Made by a program: the position numbers and the translations under genes
Source: an uncultured Acidobacteriota bacterium
GTDB lineage: Bacteria > Acidobacteriota > JAQAZP01
Assembly (NCBI GenBank): GCA_963836075.1
Contig: CAWIIB010000009.1
Span: 960,001-1,024,000, forward strand
Reading direction: 5' to 3'
Length of the DNA stretch: 64,000 bases
In this document: positions 59,566-64,000 of the stretch, in pieces
How positions within the stretch are numbered: position 1 is the first letter of the stretch
Layout of the letters: every line of letters begins with the position of its first letter
The notes under the pieces: model-generated
What the model saw: the letters and a program-made list of their open reading frames with translations, nothing else
What the model was told of the DNA's origin: nothing
The model's database searches: none

Positions 59566-60754
59566 GGGGACGTACATGAATTTATGACTTTTTCATTTCC
59601 AGAAGAAATGAATGTAAATAGTTCCAACCACAAATTGGCGGCATCTGGTTACCTTTGGTAATTGAAAATCAAAACTCCATGCCTCGCACTGCCAGAATTG
59701 ACTATCCGGGCGCACTTCACCATGTCATTGCCCGAGGCCTGAACAGGCAGGCCATTTTTCTGGATGATAACGATCGGGACCGGTTTCTCGATCGGCTCGG
59801 CACCATTCTCACCAGGACCGAAACGTCCTGTTACGCCTGGGCGCTGATGCCGAACCACTTTCACCTGGTACTGATCACCGCAGAGGTCCCGATTTCGACC
59901 GTGATGCAAAAGCTATTGACCAGCCATGCTGTGTATTTCAACAAACGGCATGACCGGTGCGGCCACCTGTTCCAAAACAGATTCAAGTCGATTCTCTGCC
60001 AGGAGGACGCCTACCTCCTGGAACTGGTCCGCTATATTCACTTGAATCCGCTGAGGGGGGAATTGGTAGAGGATCTGCGTGAACTGGAATTATTTCCCTA
60101 CTGCGGGCACGGCGCTGTCCTTGGTCGATGCTCCCACTCCTGGCAGGATACTCGGTACGTGCTGCGACTGTTCCACCATGAAAAGCTGGAGGCACAGACC
60201 CTTTACAGAGTATTCATCAAGGATGGACTCTCCGCAGGCAAAAGGAACGATCTGGTGGAAGGCAATTTGGTCCGTCGCAATGGAGAATGGTCAGCGGTGG
60301 ATCCCCAAAACAGCTCACCATCATGGGTTTACAGTGAACGAATCCTTGGTGACGATGACTTTATTAAACGTGTGCTCAATCGGTCAAACGAATTACGGAA
60401 TAGCGAGAAAGGGACCGCTGCCCAAGAATACGATTTCAATGCGGCGGTAAAGAAGGTCGCCGCCTGGTTTGGATTAAAATCAGAGGATGTTCTTTCCTTG
60501 AGGAGGGACCATCTGGCAGCGAGAGCGCGAAGTCTGCTTTGTTATCTGGTCACCAGCGAATTGGGCATGAGTCAGGCCTTTCTGGCCCGGGACCTTGGGC
60601 TAACACAATCAGCGATCTCAAGGGCAATCCAGCGTGGATCCGAACAGGCAAAGACAGGGGGATATTCGCTACTCCTAGAACGGTAGTTCTCCTTGATATC
60701 TCAAACTACCCTCTTCGTGAACAATAAAAAATTCATAAATTCATGTACGTCCCC
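59566..60754 (+). mobile_element. 1189-bp element: Y1 HUH nuclease gene between perfect 22-bp terminal inverted repeats
   Basis: GGGGACGTACATGAATTTATGA (59566..59587) and TCATAAATTCATGTACGTCCCC (60733..60754); no flanking direct repeat; more AT-rich than its surroundings. Confidence 0.85.
59679..60686 (+). CDS. REP-associated / IS200-like Y1 tyrosine (HUH) transposase with C-terminal HTH (DnaA_C/TrpR-like)
   Basis: MPRTARIDYPGALHHVIARG..RQAIF, LMPNHFHL (HUH), GHLFQNRFKS, RYIHLNP (catalytic Tyr) and C-terminal SQAFLARDLGLTQSAISRAI. Confidence 0.9.
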   Translation: MPRTARIDYPGALHHVIARGLNRQAIFLDDNDRDRFLDRLGTILTRTETSCYAWALMPNHFHLVLITAEVPISTVMQKLLTSHAVYFNKRHDRCGHLFQNRFKSILCQEDAYLLELVRYIHLNPLRGELVEDLRELELFPYCGHGAVLGRCSHSWQDTRYVLRLFHHEKLEAQTLYRVFIKDGLSAGKRNDLVEGNLVRRNGEWSAVDPQNSSPSWVYSERILGDDDFIKRVLNRSNELRNSEKGTAAQEYDFNAAVKKVAAWFGLKSEDVLSLRRDHLAARARSLLCYLVTSELGMSQAFLARDLGLTQSAISRAIQRGSEQAKTGGYSLLLER

Positions 60755-60822
60755 GTTCCGCGGTCTGTCCCTATAACTCCCTAGCAGGAGGCGGTATAAT
60801 TCCGGGCAGGAGGGATCAAGGT

Positions 60823-61917
60823 TTGATTGGTTCGAATAGCAGGCGGCTCATCGGACTGGTGTGCTTCGTGATCCTGGCGTCGGTGTCGCTGCTCCACGCC
60901 GGGCCGAAAACGGACACGGTGGTGCTGGCTAACGGCGACCGGATCACCGGGGAGATCAAGGCCCTGGACCGCGGCCGGCTGACTTACTCCACCGACGACA
61001 TGAAGACCATCTATATCGATTGGGTCAAGATCGTCCGGGTGGAGAGCCCGAACCTCTTCGAAATCGAAACGGAGGGCTTCAAACGGCTGTTCGGCAGCCT
61101 CACCAACTCCGGCGAGGACGGCTGGATAGTAATCTCCAGCGGGGAGGCTGCCTACACCCAGCGCATCGATCGGGTGGTCCGCATTACCCCGCTCAAGGGC
61201 AGCTTCTGGAGCCGGCTGAAGATCCTTCTGGACGTGGGGTACAACTACATCAGCGCCGACAATCAGCAGACGTTCACCCTGGGCAGTGAGATCAGTTCCC
61301 GGACCGAGAAAACACTTCGGACGTTGACGTTGAGTTCCTTCATGACCAGCCGGACGGACAATCCGAGCACCGCCCGGTCCCTGGCCACGTTCTCCAACAA
61401 ACGTTTTTTCGAGGATCAGCCGAGGCTCTATTTTGTCTGGCTGGCGAGCGTCGAGCAGAATGACGAGCTGGGCCTGGATCACCGGTATACGGCAGGCTCG
61501 GCCATCGGCCGCCACTTTGTCCAGACCAACATGATCCTGCTGGGGTTGAATGCAGGGCTGTCGGTCTCCCAGGAATCGTTCACCGGGACATCGGACTGGG
61601 ATCTGGACTGGAATAGCGGTGAGGTAAATGCCACCGATGACTACAACCTGGACGTGTTCCTGAGTGCCGATTTTTCGGCGGCCAGGTGGCACGGCAACGA
61701 TCTCGATTTCACCATGACCCTGGCCGTCTTTCCCTCCCTTACCAACGGGGGCCGTATCAGAGGACGGGTGGACAGCCGCCTCAGCTATGAAATCTTCAGC
61801 AATTTCTACTTTGGAATTTCGGGGTTCACGGATTACGACAGCAAACCGCCGGTGGAGGGGGTCGAGCTGTTCGACATCAGTGCCGCGCTCACCGTGGGGT
61901 GGTACTTCAACAAGTAG
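60823..61917 (+). CDS. DUF481-domain outer-membrane protein
   Basis: Signal peptide, KTDTVVLANGDRITGEIK, DYDSKPP and LTVGWYF. Confidence 0.78.
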   Translation: MIGSNSRRLIGLVCFVILASVSLLHAGPKTDTVVLANGDRITGEIKALDRGRLTYSTDDMKTIYIDWVKIVRVESPNLFEIETEGFKRLFGSLTNSGEDGWIVISSGEAAYTQRIDRVVRITPLKGSFWSRLKILLDVGYNYISADNQQTFTLGSEISSRTEKTLRTLTLSSFMTSRTDNPSTARSLATFSNKRFFEDQPRLYFVWLASVEQNDELGLDHRYTAGSAIGRHFVQTNMILLGLNAGLSVSQESFTGTSDWDLDWNSGEVNATDDYNLDVFLSADFSAARWHGNDLDFTMTLAVFPSLTNGGRIRGRVDSRLSYEIFSNFYFGISGFTDYDSKPPVEGVELFDISAALTVGWYFNK

Positions 61918-61935
61918 CCTGGTCCGGCACCCCGG

Positions 61936-63348
61936 TCATCGATCTGCAGCGGTGACGGGATTCAGCGGCGGCAGCGCCGTCGGCCCGGTCTGCTGCGGCT
62001 CGCCCCCCGATGGCCATGATTTCCTCGCCCGGGCCACCAGCCGGGAAAAGCGCTCGCCGGACCAGCCCGCCTCTGCGCCCCTATCGCCCGGACGGCCGAA
62101 GAGCCTGCGCTCAAGGGCCGCGGCCTGTCCGGCCAGTTCCGGGTCGTTGGCCCGTTCGACGAAGGCCTGCAGCGTGGGCTCATCACCGACGCCGGCGCGG
62201 TCGAGCCAGGCCATCAGGGCGGCCATGGTCCTGCCGGCATCGCCCGTAGCGGCGGTCCGGCGGAACAGTACGAAGTAATGGGCCTCGCCCTCGGCACGCC
62301 GGCGCCGGCGGTCGGCGAGCGCCGCAGGGATGCGGGCGATGCGGCGGCGGAAGAGCAGCAGCAGGATGACGGCGAGGCCCGCGGCCGCGGCCAGCAGCCG
62401 GCCGTTCCGGGAATCCTCCGCTTCGACCACCGGCGCCGCGGTGATGTCCTCCTCAACCGGTTTCTCGCCCAGGTGTTCGGCGGCCAGATCGGGATTGGGC
62501 ACCACGGTGATGGTCACCGCCGGCAGGGTTTCCATTTTCAGCTCGTTCTGTCCCAGGTCCCACCAGTGGTAGACCACCTCGGGCAGCTGGTAGGTTCCCT
62601 CCTCCTCCATGATCAGGGTGGCCGAGTCGCTGCGGCTGCCGGTGAGCTGCCCGCGGTTCGCCCGGTCGTTGATCTCCGGATTCCCCGGGTAGAGCCCCAC
62701 ACCCTCCACCGCCTCCATCTCCAGCGGCGGCAGCAGCATGCCCACCGCGTCGTCGATGGTCACGGTGACCGTGCGGGTGATCGACTGGCCCACCTTCATC
62801 TCTCCGGGTTGCGGATCCCACTGCTCACTGACCCGCAGCCCCGGCGCGGCCAGCACCAGGCCCAGCCCTTCGCTCCCCGGCGGCGGTTGTGCCTCGAAAA
62901 GCTGCGCCGGCGCCGTGAGGGACAGCTGCGGTGAGGGCCCACCCGACTCCAGGGCCACGGTGAGCGTCAGCGGCACCTCGGGCGTGCTGAACTGCCCCGC
63001 TCCCTGGGGAAAGATCAGGAAACGGCGGGCCTGGCCGGCAAAGGAGGCGCCCCCGATCCGCTCGTTGAGATTGACGCCGAAACTATCCGGCACCATCACC
63101 ACCGCGTTGGGGATGTCCAGGGTATCCGGCAGCCGGGGCGCCGAGGTGAACCAGGTGGAGGTCAGGATCTCGATCCAGAGGATCGTTTTCTGTCCCACCA
63201 GCACCGGGCCTTCGGGTTCCAGGCGGGTGCGGATGATCAGCTGTCCCGAATCGAGGAGTTCCTGCGCGGTCTGCCCGTGAGCCGCGGGTCCGGCGGAACC
63301 GGCAAGCAGCAGAAGGAGCAGGACGGGGATGAAGAGGGATCGCGTCAC
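61936..63348 (-). CDS. BatD-family protein
   Basis: GTG start overlapping the upstream stop; VGQ...TSTWF..AP, VGQSITRTVT and LPEVVYHWWD, then a TM and LPPLNP end. Confidence 0.78.
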   Translation of the reverse strand: MTRSLFIPVLLLLLLAGSAGPAAHGQTAQELLDSGQLIIRTRLEPEGPVLVGQKTILWIEILTSTWFTSAPRLPDTLDIPNAVVMVPDSFGVNLNERIGGASFAGQARRFLIFPQGAGQFSTPEVPLTLTVALESGGPSPQLSLTAPAQLFEAQPPPGSEGLGLVLAAPGLRVSEQWDPQPGEMKVGQSITRTVTVTIDDAVGMLLPPLEMEAVEGVGLYPGNPEINDRANRGQLTGSRSDSATLIMEEEGTYQLPEVVYHWWDLGQNELKMETLPAVTITVVPNPDLAAEHLGEKPVEEDITAAPVVEAEDSRNGRLLAAAAGLAVILLLLFRRRIARIPAALADRRRRRAEGEAHYFVLFRRTAATGDAGRTMAALMAWLDRAGVGDEPTLQAFVERANDPELAGQAAALERRLFGRPGDRGAEAGWSGERFSRLVARARKSWPSGGEPQQTGPTALPPLNPVTAADR

Positions 63349-64000
63349 GGTTGTCCCTCCCCTCCGGCCGGCCGGCCCAGCTGGTTCTGGTAGGCGAACT
63401 TCCAGCGCAGGAAATCGGCGGGGCTGGTCTCCACCTGGCGCAGCCACATATCAGCCAGCTGCTGGTCGGTGAGTTGACCGCCTTCGCCGTCCATCTCGGT
63501 GTCGATGCCCTCCTCGTTCAAACGCTGCTTCTCGGCGTCGAAGACGATCTCGTCGGCCATGGCGTCCCGCCCCACCACCCCCGATTCCCCGCCGCCGCTG
63601 TCCGGCCGCCAGGGGATGAAGAGCGTGACGTATTCGCGGTTCGCTTCGGCCTCGGGGTAGTCGGGCCGCCGTTCCAGGGCCTGCTCGTACGCGGCCACCG
63701 CGTCGGGATAGCTCTCCAGGTGGGCCAGGGCGTTGCCGCGGTTGAACCAGCCCTCGGCGCTGTCCACCAGCGAGAACTGGCCGGCGGCGGCTTCGAAGTC
63801 CTTGGCGGCGTAGAAGGCGATGCCGCGCCACAGCGGGTCTTCGAACCGTTCGGCGGCAATCTCATACTCACCCCGCTCGAAATAGTAGCGCCCCTGCTGG
63901 TCGGCGGTGAGCCAGAGGTCGGCGAAGCGGAAACTCCCGCTGCAGGCGGACAGACCGATGGATAGGGCCAGGATGGCGAGCAGCAGGACCCAAGTTCGCA
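63345..64000 (-). CDS. C-terminal part of a TPR-containing Bat-cluster protein (BatB/BatC-like); runs off the window end
   Basis: In-frame LWLTADQQGR...AAERFEDPLWRG...FNRGNALA...WLRQVETSPADFLRWKF. Confidence 0.78.
   Translation of the reverse strand, partial: RTWVLLLAILALSIGLSACSGSFRFADLWLTADQQGRYYFERGEYEIAAERFEDPLWRGIAFYAAKDFEAAAGQFSLVDSAEGWFNRGNALAHLESYPDAVAAYEQALERRPDYPEAEANREYVTLFIPWRPDSGGGESGVVGRDAMADEIVFDAEKQRLNEEGIDTEMDGEGGQLTDQQLADMWLRQVETSPADFLRWKFAYQNQLGRPAGGEGQP

Noticed and set aside
59566-60754. Classical IS200/IS605 element with TnpB, or a DDE insertion sequence
   Set aside because: No tnpB ORF, no DDE motif and no two-sided target-site duplication (TGTA|GGGG ... CCCC|GTTC).

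Overview
GC-rich bacterial (diderm) chromosomal window, possibly from an Acidobacteriota- or Desulfobacterota-like organism; the taxonomy is an impression only. It reads as a mosaic envelope/accessory region. (i) Two paralogous sigma-54 activator modules each end in a tandem 16-bp palindromic enhancer site that lies exactly 98 bp from a -24/-12 promoter. The first drives ABM protein, porin, amidohydrolase, DcaP porin and a signal-peptide-bearing glutaminase. The second drives beta-barrel, ABM protein, a DszB-like desulfinase homolog, rhodanese, CoA-disulfide reductase-rhodanese and SulP. (ii) There are three nucleotidyltransferase-type toxin-antitoxin-like pairs. (iii) About 14 outer-membrane beta-barrel genes or remnants are present, including PlpD and a 2176-aa TamB-BamA/TamA fusion. 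(iv) A Y1 HUH (RAYT/IS200-like) nuclease gene is bracketed by perfect 22-bp terminal inverted repeats (GGGGACGTACATGAATTTATGA). The same end sequence forms two 70-bp palindromic MITE/REPIN-like elements and a half element, all at gene 3' ends, and two of them supply the stop codon. This repeat/HUH system is the best candidate for an undescribed system. Several genes in the first ~34 kb are frameshifted, probably from sequencing or assembly indels. No rRNA, tRNA or CRISPR array was seen.
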